Assembly: GCA_052327205.1 (NCBI GenBank)
Contig: CM126209.1
Location: 36,766,001-36,830,000 of the forward strand
Reading direction: 5' to 3'
Source: Somniosus microcephalus
Taxonomy: Eukaryota
Length of the DNA stretch: 64,000 nucleotides
Numbering within the stretch: the first letter of the stretch is position 1; each line of letters begins with the position of its first letter. This document shows positions 35,453 to 46,967 of the stretch, piece by piece. The notes beneath the pieces were generated by a model that saw only the letters and a program-made list of their open reading frames with translations, ran no database searches and was not told the DNA's origin. The translations under genes and the position numbers were made by a program.

Positions 35453-37275
35453 TTGAACAAATATGAACTGATCAGGGAGAGCCAGCATGGATTTGTAAAG
35501 GGTAACTCATGTCAACTAACTTAGTTGAACTTTTTGAGGAGGCCACTAACGTGGTCGATAAGGGAATGTCTATGGATGTTATTATTTATATAAAGGAGGC
35601 ATTCGATAAGGCTCCACACAAGAGACTGTGAGCAAAAATGAAAGCGCATGGAATTAGAGGCAACCTATTGACATGGGTAGCGAATTGGTTAGGAGGTAGG
35701 AGTCAGAGAGTCAGGATATTGAATATGTACTCCAATTGGCAGAATGTGACTAGTGGTGTCCCTCAGGGATCTGGACTGGGGCCTCAGCTTTTCACTATAT
35801 TTATCAATGGCTTAGATGAAGGAATAGAGAGCTGTATATCCGAGTATGCTGACAACATTAAGTTAGGTGGCACAGTTAGTGTAGATGGTAGTAGAAAGTT
35901 GCACAGGAACATTGATAGATTAAGTGAGTGGACAAAACTGTGGCAGACGGAGTTCAGTGTGGGCAAGTGTGAAATTATCCACTTTGGACTTAAGAAAGAT
36001 AGTTCAGGGTATTTTCTAAATGGTGAGCAGCTAGGAAGCAGGGAGATTTATTTAGGGGTCCACGTGCAGAAATCACTAAAAATTAGTGGACAGGTACAAA
36101 ATATAATTTTAAAGGCTAATGAAACAGTAACCTTTATCTCAAGAGGGCTGGAATATCAAGATGTGGAAGTTATGCTACAATTATATAAAGCTCTGGTTGG
36201 ACTACAACTGGAGTACTGCGTTCAGTTCTGGGCACTGCACCTTAGGAAGGATATATTGGCCTTGGAAGAGGTGCAGCGTAGATTCAACAGAGTGATAATG
36301 GGGCTAATAGGGTTAAATTATGAGGACAGCCTGCATAGACTAGGCTGTATTTCTTGAGTATAGAAGATTAAGGGGTGATCTACTTGAAATGACTAAAGGA
36401 TTTGATTGGATAGATAGAGAAACAATTTCTTCTGGTGGGTGAGTCCAGAACAAAGGGGTACAACCTTAAAATGAGAGCTAGGCCATTCAGGGGTGATGTC
36501 AGGAATCACTTCTTCACACACAAGGTAGTCGAAATCTGGAACTTTCTTCCCCCAAAAAGCTGCTGAGTCTAGGAGAATTGAAAATTTCAAAACTGAGATT
36601 GCTAGATTTTTGTTAGGTAAAGATATTAAGGGATATGGAACCAAGGCGGGTAAATGGAGTCAAGGGGGGAGAAATTGGGCTGGTTTGCGCCTCTCATTAG
36701 CGGGGCGCAAATCCCCTAGCACCCGGGCGCGGCGCTGCTAACGCCTCCCATGAAATTCAGCGGGAGGTTAGCGGCGGTGGTAGCCGGTAGCGTTCCGCAC
36801 CGCCGGCGATGACATCATCACTGTGCGCCGCACCCCGCTTGCAACCCAGCCGCAAACTTCCCTTATGCTCCCTGACCTATCGCCGGACGATATGTGTGAC
36901 AGGATGAATGGGGGCAGTTTTGCTGTGGCGGTGGCGGTGCAAGTTAAAGGGCAGGTGTCGGGCGGCCATTTTTTTGGGGCCGACTGCCAGCACCTGCCCC
37001 CTTTCCCTTTTGTATGCGGGGTGCCGGCCGCGATCGCTCAGCCCGGCACTCCTCTTGGAGCGCTTTCCAGTAGCGCTCCACCTCCTGCTTGGGGCGCTAC
37101 TACTGAATTTACGGCAGAGGGGCACTAACATTTTCGGGCCGCTAAAATTAGCATCCCGGCGACGTTAGTGCCTGAAAATTGGTGCCACCTAATTTTTCCC
37201 CCAAGACACAGATCAGCCAAGAACTCATTGAATGGCAGGGTTTAATGACCTACTACTCTCCTTATGTTGCTATGT
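35453..37275 (+). mobile_element. Decayed CR1 LINE; its 5' stub lies at ~29770-29805 on the other side of Harbinger B
   Basis: QHGF, GVPQGS, YADN and LEYCVQFW motifs. The 3' UTR is split by a MITE. Confidence 0.9.
36665..37202. mobile_element. Harbinger-type MITE (538 bp)
   Basis: TIRs GGGGGAGAAATT and AATTTTTCCCCC, TSD AAG, CpG-rich body. The CR1 3' UTR is continuous across it. Confidence 0.88.
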
Positions 37276-37319
37276 ACGAAGAGAGACAAAAAATGAGATT
37301 TGTGAGATGCTGATGCACA

Positions 37320-37550
37320 CTAAGGAGTTCCTGTTAGATTGCAAATAGGCTAATGTGGTGTGTATTTTCAAAAAGGTTAAAAAAATCGATTCAGACAACC
37401 ATAGATCCATCAATCTCACATCATCAGTCAAATAAAGACATGAGGAATGAATTCCTTATTACGATAACCGAATAAATAGCAGAAAATTGGGATTGAAAAG
37501 GAGAAGAACCTGCTGACCAACCTCCTAGAGTTTTTTGAGGATGTGACTAT
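37320..37550 (+). mobile_element. Old CR1 RT fragment
   Basis: Degenerate ANVV.IFKKG / RSINLTS / CLTNLLEFFE-like sequence. Confidence 0.6.
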
Positions 37551-38434
37551 TGTCATGAATCTTATCATGACTCATGAAGTAACACTGGGCGGCCAGCTGG
37601 TGGCGCCGTCCAAGGAGTATAAATACTCGGGCGTGGGCCCAGCTTGCTCAGGATGTTTCTGTAACCAGGAACTAGTGATGGAACTAGAAATCTCATGGTT
37701 TTGAAACAGTTGATTAAATTGATGTAAAAAGACTAGAGCCTTGTTTTATACTCAAACTAAGTGCCCAGTAGTCTTTTACATCAACTATTACAATTTTAGG
37801 CTTTTTACACAAATATTTCTCCCATGGTTGGTACCAAAGACCATTCCCACAAACTGTGGCTTAAACTATAAACTGTGGAAACAATTTCCCTGGAATATGC
37901 TTTTGGTATCCTTTGAAGTTTCACCAGGAACAAAGGAAATGAAAAATGTGTCATTGAAAAATCAAATAAACCTGCCAATCAAGCATATACTTAAAAGATA
38001 CAAAGGATCTCTGCAACGTTCAAATCCATGTCAACTAACTGCAAATTCCTCTAATCTTAATAGGCCCAACCCCCCTCCCCCATCCCAAAACAAAGTAAGC
38101 TGCGATTAGGTGATATCAACACAAATTACTTTGCAATGAAGCATTATTGCAATGACACGTAAAAGCTAAATAATGTCATCCCACATGCTACCCCATGTTC
38201 TGGATTACTCAGAATATTCGTGAAGGATTTTGTTGGTTTATTAATTTCTATATTTGAGGTAACAGAAATATTCTGTAAACTGCTGCAATCCGCTGTAATG
38301 TCTTTGCAACTATTTATCTGTTATTTTTCATAAACTTGTTGCATAAGTTTAAACCACAGTCTGATAGAATTTACATTCTGAGGTCTAGAAGATCAGGAGA
38401 GGGTTTGTGATATTTCCAGGGAATGGATAAACTT

Positions 38435-38897
38435 GAAAGAAAGACTTGAAAGACTTGTATTTATAAAGCGCTTTTCACGACCACCGGACGTCTCAAAGCG
38501 CTTTACAGCCAATGAAGTACTTTTGGAGTGTAGTCACTGTTGTAATGTGGGAAACGTGGCAGCCAATTTGCGCACAGCAAGCTCCCACAAACAGCAATGT
38601 AATAATAACCAGATAATCTGTTTTTTTGTTATGTTGGTTTAGGGATAAATATTGGCCAGGACACCGGGGGATAACTTCCCTGCTCTTCTTCGAAATAGTG
38701 CCATGGGATCGTTTACGTCCACCTGAGAGAGCAGACAGGGCCTCGGTTTAACGTCTCATCCGAAAGACGGCACCTCCAACAGTGCAGCACTCCCTCAGCA
38801 CTGCACTGGAGTGTCAGCCTAGCTTTATGGAGTGGGACTTGAACCCACAACCTTCTGACTCAGAGGCGAGTGTGCTACCAACTGAGCCACAGCTGAC
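38435..38897 (-). mobile_element. tRNA-headed Deu-domain SINE (SacSINE1-like)
   Basis: On the minus strand: A box TGGCTCAGTTGG, B box GGTTCAAGTCC, central CATTGCTGTTTGTGGGAGCTTGCTGTGCGCAAATTGGCTGCC core, and an L2-like tail. Confidence 0.85.
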
Positions 38898-39068
38898 AAT
38901 CATAATCTATCATAAAACTATCATAATGAAAATCACATATAAACTATCATAATGAAAATCACAGCTCCAAATCTGGGTTATTTATTTGAGCAAAACTGGT
39001 TTTAACCCCAAGGTACCGTAACAAACAAAGACCAAAAGTACACGATGGATAAAAGAGTTCATTTTGTT

Positions 39069-39757
39069 ACAACAACTTGCATTTATATAGCACCTTTAAC
39101 ATAGTAAAACATCCCAAGGCATGGGAGAGTAATCTAACAAAATTTGACACCAAGCCATATAAGGAGATATTACGACAGATGACCAAAGGCTGGATCAAAG
39201 AGGTAGGTTTTAAGGAGCGTCTTATAGGAGGAGAGAGCGGTAGAGAGCCGGAAAGGTTTAGGGAGAGAATTCCAGAGCTTAGGGCCTAGGCAGCTGAAGG
39301 TACAGCCGCCAATGGTGGAGCGATTAAAATCGGGGTGCTCAAGAGGGCAGTATTGGAGCAGCGCAGAGATCTTGGAGGGTTGTAGGGCTGGAGGAGGTTA
39401 TAGAGATAGGGAAGAGTGAAGCCTTGGAGGGATTTGAAAACATGGATGAGAATTTAAAAAATCAAGGTGTTGCTGGACTGGGAGCCAATGCGGCACAGGG
39501 GTGATGGGTGAACGGGACTTGGTGCGAGTTAGGATACGGGCAGCAGAGTTTTGGATGAGCCCAAGTTTATGGAGGGTGGAAGATGGGAGGGCAGCCCAGA
39601 GAGCATTGGAATAGTCAAGTCTAGAGTTAACAAAGGCATGGAAGAGGGCTTTACAAGATGACCTAAGGCAGTGGAGGATATGAGCAATGTTAGAGAGGTG
39701 GAAGTGGGCGATCTTGGTGAAGGAGTAGATATGTGGTCGGAAGCTCATCTCGGGGTT
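39069..39757 (-). mobile_element. L2 LINE 3' fragment
   Basis: HAFVNSRLDYSNAL...IQNSAARIL...SPITPV..HWLPV and a GGTGCTATATAAATGCAAGTTGTTG tail. Confidence 0.9.
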
Positions 39758-42319
39758 ATGTTTTTGCTAAGAAAACTCAGAAGGTACGATTGGAAGTGTG
39801 GGCATTAATATGGTGCATTTGAGCACCAACACCAGGGAACAGTAAAATGGGGGTTCGTGCTCGGGATTCCTCACATGATGAGCTTCCAACCTTACCCATA
39901 CACCTGTGGCAGCGCGCTGAGAGGTGACCAGGCAACATAAGAGGCTGGAAACCTGCCAAAACAGGATTTTGCCCCTTTTTCTGACATTTGTACTGGGGTA
40001 CCCAGCTGTTCCCTGGGGGGCAAGGGTCAGAAGAATTGGTCCTATCCTGACAGAATGAACCTCGGTGTAATTGTTTTCAAAAATTCTGTAGCCAAGTGCA
40101 ATTAGAGTTGCAAAGAGAATGTTGCGTGACTGATTGTGTGGTATCAGTGGTTTGTAGGACACGTCTCATAATGATAATGCACTTTTAAACCCATTATTTA
40201 TAGTTCAGTTTATTGTCTTCCACATTGCATATCACTGAATTTTAAGACATCACTCACCAGCTGTTAAGCGTAATATTTATGTAGAGTAATTGTATGTAAA
40301 GTAAGGGTGTAGCAGTTATTCAAATAAACAGGGTTCAAAACAAATACATACATGTGCTTAAAACAATTTATATATTTCACTTTGTGCAGGATTCAATCCA
40401 TTAAGGCTCGCACTGGGGCTTCTTGCAAATTAATTTTTATTATTTTAGGTCAAAAAAACACATTTATTACAATGTCCTGAATGAGTTGCAGTTTGGCCCA
40501 AAATAAAATGAATTGGAAAGGGTAGGGTTAACAATAGATCTTTTAAACCTTGGTTTACAATATACATTTTTGTAATATTTAAACTCTATTCAAACTTCAA
40601 AAATCTTTTGAAAAAGCAAAATATTATATTAATTCCATTCCTAATTAGTTAATTTAATAACTACTGTAGTTGTTTTTCCATCCCACTTATGATAATAATC
40701 AATGAAAATTGTACAGATCAGAAATGTCATTTAAACTAAATTAGTTATAATTCATAATGAATTGTTAATTTCACTATTGCCATTTCTTAAAGGAATACAA
40801 TTATTGTATTGTCTTTGTGGTACCCACTAACTGGTGTAAAAGAGGACAGCAGGCAGAGTGATAGAATATCACCGAATGTCTCTAGTAGTTATCAGTCTGT
40901 CCATATTCAGAGTAAATGTGCTGTACAAGTCACAGTTAACAGTCAGGAAGTAATGGGAGCTTTGATCTGCCAGGCCATTTTTGGCAAGTTTTGTGAAACA
41001 TTCTGTAGAGTCAGAGACCCTCCTAATCTTCTTATAGAAACGATTATCATGCCTTGAAGATTAAGAGGAAAGTTTCAACTGACGGAGAATAGAGCAGAGC
41101 ATCTGGTTTCTTTGTCGGAGAATCTGCACCTCAATTCAAGAGGGTGAGTATCTGCACAATGTTTCCTCTTGAGCTGTAGTTCTCTGGCCTTTGCAGGTCA
41201 TATTTTATAAATATAAAATTAACCGCATTGCCTTTCAAGAGACAGGAGCCCTTATGTCGTGGTAAAACCCACACAGTATTCTCTTTTATTTGTCTTAGCC
41301 TTGTGATAAAGTTCATGGCAATCCAAATAAACAGAGACCTAAATGATAGGAGCAGTAATGAAACAATCACCCGTCCTTTTACAGGCTGCACAATTATATT
41401 GTTAAAGAAATTATGCAAATATTTAAGTAAAATGTAATTATTTTAAAAACCTACATGCCAAAGATGAAATGTTTATTTAACATCTATATGCGGCACAGTA
41501 GACAAGAGCATATTGACTTATTTATATTCAATTCAAAAGGTGTTGGGATGGCTCGAATCAGAATCCAAACTTAAATCTTCAAATCCAAAATCGGAATTCA
41601 GAGGCAATCAACAATTCAGAACATAGGAACAGGAGTAGGCCATTCAGCCCCTCGAGCCTAGTGTGTCCTAGGCATGACTGCAAACTGTGGAGAAAATCCA
41701 GAGCAACCAGCTTCAAATTGTGATCAAGGGTTGGGGGTGGAAGGGAGTGTAACAAGACAGAATAAAATATGAAAAATGTCAATGTAATATGAGATGTGCA
41801 TACTCTTAGCTGTCATTTTCACCTTGTTCACAAGATGACCCACACTGCACATAAAAGGTAGGTTATATTAATCCTGATCAGAATTTCTTTTAATGTTCCT
41901 TACAAAATCGTTTCCCTAACAGTTTTGAATCCAAAGACCACACATAACAGCTGTTCCACAAAACTGAATGAACACATAGAAGGAACAACATTGACCCATT
42001 CATCCATTTATTCAAACATTCTAACAACAATGGTAGAATGCGAGAACAATTCTTGCCTTTATCTTTGTTATTTCTCCCCCACCCGTCAGCTTCCTCCCCT
42101 TCTCTCTCCTCTCTTGAAAAGCTCTAATTTGTACTAGGGTACAGTTTGATAGCTGTGAGCAGCCCTCTAATGCCAGTCTTTGGCCAGTCGTCCATTGTAA
42201 GATGCATCACAGCAAAATGTCCTTATCTGATGATTACACAAGCATATTTTCCGACACAGCTCACTTGCCAGTGATCAAGAGTAGGAACCCTAGTTTATCT
42301 CCTCTGTAACTCAGTGACA

Positions 42320-42428
42320 CCTTGGCTGAGGCCAGTATGGATTGGGGATTGAACCTGGGACTGTTCTGGTCTGTACAACTCAGTTCCAGTCTGGGTTGTG
42401 CGCTTATCCACCAAGCCATTAGGGAGCT
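42320..42428 (-). mobile_element. Short tRNA-derived SINE head
   Basis: On the minus strand: TGGCTTGGTGG (A-box-like) and CCAGGTTCAATCCC (B box). Confidence 0.55.
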
Positions 42429-42555
42429 TTATCTCTGTTGTTGAGATAATTCTAGTAATTATGTGCATGAAGAACAGAACCAGCAATTACTGCTGTTAGT
42501 ATGTCATCCTTATCAAGACTATTGTCCTGTGCAGAAAAGTGAATGAAATAAAATG

Positions 42556-42716
42556 GGGGTAATTTTAACCTAACCCACAAGGCAGTAAATTGATGGGATT
42601 TGATCAGTTGCCCGTTTTACACCCCCGCCTTAATTTTACTTTCGGCAGTGTGCAAAATGGGCAGCCGATCTGATCCTGGCACTTACCCAGCCAGCGAGTT
42701 CATTTAAAATGACCCC
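42556..42716. mobile_element. Short palindromic Harbinger-type MITE
   Basis: TIRs GGGGTAATTTTAA and TTAAAATGACCCC, with internal inverted arms (tgcccgttttacac / gtgtgcaaaatgggca). Confidence 0.7.
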
Positions 42717-43589
42717 ACACGTTTAAGGCCACAGTTTTGCTCAAATTTGTTTTTTTCCAATTTGTTGGATTAAGCGTACCATATTCAAGAAGCCTGTACA
42801 AAAATGGAGCACACACTCAGTCTGCACACTGAGAACTCTTTGCAGGGCGTGATCAGAATACACATTGCATAATACAGTAAGCGTGCCTTGAAACTTTCAT
42901 CAGATTCCTAATAATGGAAATTGAGTTTTGGCAAATATTACTGCTTGTTGGCATTAATCATCTCCAATTAAGTCCTTCTGGTGCCAGAAAGGTTATTTCC
43001 GTTTGTCCATGATTTACCTTTTCATCATCTGCTCCTGTAATTTTGCAAGATGAAAGGAGCTTGGACTAGTGGGTAATTGCAGTGATACCTACAATACTTT
43101 CAAGATAAAGTTGGATTCTGTGCCCTTCCTCTTGTATCCTGTTAAAAGTAAACCACATGGCTACAGAATGCTAGTTATCAATTGTACAGGAGATAACACA
43201 AACATACTGCGTTTTGTTATATCTCACATATAATTATATTTGACACGGGAAAAGTCAATGAAACAGCGTGTCCAGCTAGAAGTATCATTTCAATAAACAT
43301 GTTCGCTGCTAATTAGGAAAATCCATTATCTAGATCCAAGCTTATGGATCATTGTGAAAGCATTCACATTTGAGCTTATTTTCACCTCTACTACATTAAA
43401 CTACATTAGCATTCTAATGGCAATCATCTGCTTTCAATGGATGTTCATTTCACTGAGAATGAAATTAATTAGAAGTACATTTTGGAATAATGTTACTATG
43501 TACCGAGCATCAATGAGTACAGTTATGAAATCAACTAATACTAAGGCGAGAATATGCTTTGTATTACTACACTTTATAGAATAGAACAG

Positions 43590-43835
43590 AAGGTAAACAA
43601 TTCTTTGAGGTTATAATGCAAGGAATGGGAGTATACACTCAATAGAAAGACACCGAATGGCATGGATGGACAGAGACACCTAGGGATTCATAACTCCCAA
43701 AATATGCGAGAGCAGCTAGATAAAGCCATAAAACGGTCAATGGCATTTTGAATTTATAAGTAGGGGCATAGAGTACAAGAGGAAAAAAGTGATGTCAAAT
43801 TTGTACAAAACGTTGGTTAGGTCACAGTTGCACTA
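43590..43835 (+). mobile_element. Old CR1 fragment
   Basis: RGIEYK..KVMSNLYKTLVRSQL. Confidence 0.7.
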
Positions 43836-44018
43836 CTCATCCTTCCTTTCCCTGCTGCATATGCTTCTTCTTCAATCACCATGTGAGACTGTGCCACACC
43901 TCCTCCTGCTCATACCCTCACACTCAGCCCCTGCTACTGCCCTCCAAATCAGCGCAAGCAAGATTCCGCTTTTATCTGGTTGCACTGTTCTAGTAACTTG
44001 TTTCACACTTCATTGTAT

Positions 44019-44285
44019 TAGGGTTACCAACCCTGGGTGGAAAATTCCTGGAAGTTTCATCACCTGACCTCCTGCCTCCAACTGCCCCGCCCAGTAAAAC
44101 AGCCTTTTCCTCTATCTCCAATACTTTTTATTAATTAGTTATAAAAGTGTTTACAGAAATTGAAAAAAGCTCAGTTTTTTTAATGCCCACATGATCCCCC
44201 CCACCGAGTTGTTTGCAGCATTGTCCATTAGATTAATTTCAATCTCTGGAGACTCCAGGCCAATTCTGGAGTGTTGGCAACCCTA
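44019..44285. mobile_element. hAT-type MITE
   Basis: TIRs TAGGGTTACCAAC and GTTGGCAACCCTA, with a degenerate 8-bp TSD CATTGTAT/CAGTGTCT. Confidence 0.75.
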
Positions 44286-44399
44286 CAGTGTCTGCACTCT
44301 CAAACAACCACCTCTGCCTCTTGCACACAACTTGCGGTTTTTTCCTCTCAGCGTGCACACTATATGAGGTATGCATTACAAATCTTCACAACCCATTCA

Positions 44400-44530
44400 C
44401 AGGGGCATGCACTAACCCAGTCCCACTCTTTGTGCAGGATAAGCTGGTGAGTAGCGGCAGGGAGATGGTCAGGCCTGGGGGAGGTGCAGCCATGTTACAA
44501 ACCCTCACTCCAAAGAAGTCTGAAGAGTAT
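44400..44530 (+). pseudogene. Remnant of a Harbinger Myb gene exon 2
   Basis: Acceptor tgtgcag followed by DKL...RE..RPGGG, resembling exon 2 at 30905. Confidence 0.45.
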
Positions 44531-45459
44531 TCCATCACTCCAATATCGGAACGTGATATGGTAAAGATCAGACTCCTTGATGGAATCAAGGAGAAAAACA
44601 GTTAAAAGGTGTCTCAAAAGATGCTCAGTTTAACACAGTGCCTGGAAGTGGTTTCACACCCATATTTTGCATCAGGGGAATTCCTAATTTTGCCCATTTT
44701 GTCGAGAGGAATTCTTGAACTAAAGGACGGGCATTTCTCTGCAGTTTATTTTAATGACAATGTATAGAAATGTTAATTACTTCAGTTTTTCTCCGTGTGA
44801 ACTCATTCTATGGTATTTCTTTAGCCTTACCAGCAGAAAATTGGCCAATTACGGCTCACCTGCAATAATGCTTACTTTGTGTCTCTCAAATGGTTTAACA
44901 GCTTGTTAACTTAATTATATTCAAGGTTGACAATCCAGCCCCAGAGAGTGAGAAACTGGAGGAACTTAAACAGAGAAGAGAATTTGTACATCCCGATTCA
45001 CTGACACAGCCACTTTTGGATTTTAAAAGACTGATTTAGGGATTAGAACTAAAGTAATTGCTTCTATTTTTTTGTATCCACCCTCGGAGTTCTGATCTCA
45101 GAAACTAAAAGTAAACTACACTTCATATTGTTCATTGTGGTGTTTCCATTGAACATTTTATTTATATTCATTTTGATTAGCTCTGGCCTTCTTGGTACTC
45201 GTAATGATTTATTTAAGCATCTAAACCTTGAGCTTGTCAATATTCGGCGCAGGCCGCACTCCTCCCTTACCAGCAGCAACACTGAACCAGTTAATGCAAC
45301 AATTGCAGCAAAATTCATGGTGAGACTGGCCAACAGTTTAGTTGCTCAGTTTTTGACTTAACTCCATCTGAACTAATTCCTGGTTGTTTGTACTTCCCTT
45401 TTCTGAAAGCTCCTTAACAAAGCCTTAACACCAACAGCAGATTTAAAAGTAAAATGTTA

Positions 45460-46173
45460 TCGATTTCACTCCCATTTTTGGATGTGGGGGAGGAGGGGGG
45501 GGCGGAAAACAGGCCGTACCACAAAAAATGAAAGAAAATGTGGCTTTGCTTCTTTCCCAATTTTAAATGAAAGCAGAAAACATCAGACCCGATTTCAAGT
45601 CCAGGCGAGCTTTGGGGCGGGTGGGTGGCGGTGCGAGTTAGAAACTCACCCACTGCTCCAGAAATGAGGCTCGGGTATTTTGACTCATTTAAATCATATA
45701 GTTCCAGGCAGGAAGTCAGCAGGAAATCGTGGAAAATTGCACAGCCAGGAGGCTGGTAGGTGACTGGATCGGCTGCTGGGACTGTCCCATGGGAGTGTCG
45801 AGATCAGGAAGGAGGGGTTTGAGTCCATGGCAGGGTAGGCCTATGCTTTCCTTGTGGGGCCCAGAGGCTTCTTCTGGTCCTGATCCTCTTCCCCGCTTTC
45901 TTTCCTTAGTGGGAAGCCCACAGTGGTGTCCCACTCAGGTTGTGGAGTTGGAATTGTAGTTGGGTCCCTAAGACGTTATCGGGACCTGACATGTATATGC
46001 AAAGAATGCCCTCCCACTGTCTTGGGGTAGACGATCTTGTCACCTACTCAGTAGAGCATGTTAAAATCGGGAATAGTCAGCTCCCGGCGGATCCATGGTG
46101 GGTAATTAACCGAGGTGATTTTAACTGTCCACCCGCCCAATATCCACCAGGTGGGTAGGGTTAAAATTGCCTC
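45460..46173. mobile_element. Decayed non-autonomous Harbinger-like element(s)
   Basis: GC-rich block with GATTTCACTCCC / GGTTAAAATTGCC-type ends and a terminal hairpin at ~46113-46173. Confidence 0.5.
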
Positions 46174-46967
46174 CCATCCTCCATAAAGGCCAGATCAAGA
46201 ACGGCATAGGCCTGGGAACAGTTTGTATGCACTTCCAGTAAAGAAAGGCTGCAGAGCCTAGGAATAACTAAAAAGTGAGGGAGAATTAAAATTAAAAATG
46301 AGACCAAAAGAGGTGCTTGGTAATCCATTTACCTCTAGCGCCTGCAGTTGAAGCAGCCCAGATTACTGGGAATAAAGTTTCCTTTCTCTCTCGGTGCAAG
46401 AGTTCTGTGAAATGGATTTGAGGCAGTATTGAAAGTGCAAGTCCATGGCACAAAACTGCGCATAATATTCTACAAAGGGATTTGATTTCCTCTGGTAGTG
46501 CACTGGTTAATGGTTAACAACTCCTTTAAGATAGTACACAAGGGAATCTTATGTAAATCTGTTATCGAGTACACTACCAGAGGAACTGAAACTCCTATAT
46601 TATGAATCTGACTGAGAAAGACTATAAAGATTGGTTAAAGTGGGGAATAGGAAATGTTACATTGGTGCAGGAGGGGATGCTCCTTTTTCGTTGGAGCTTA
46701 GGTTTGTAGATGGGGCTCTTCTCCAATTCCCCACCCACACCCACCCCCACCACCGCCTCAAGAAAGCTGAATATGATTTTTTTTTTAAACCATATAGCCC
46801 ATTGAAAATATAGTAAGTCCCTCTCCTTATATTGCCTCTTTGAGTATTAGGTAATATCTTGACAGAACACAGTGCAGCCTGTCATGTGAACTGTGTTTCA
46901 TCAGTTTTAGATTTCTGGTAAAGAGACATCCAAATGTCAAGAACTAATAAGAACTTAAGAAACAGGA

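Noticed and set aside
38820-38897. tRNA gene
   Set aside because: It is the tRNA-derived head of a SINE, continuous with the SINE body and tail.
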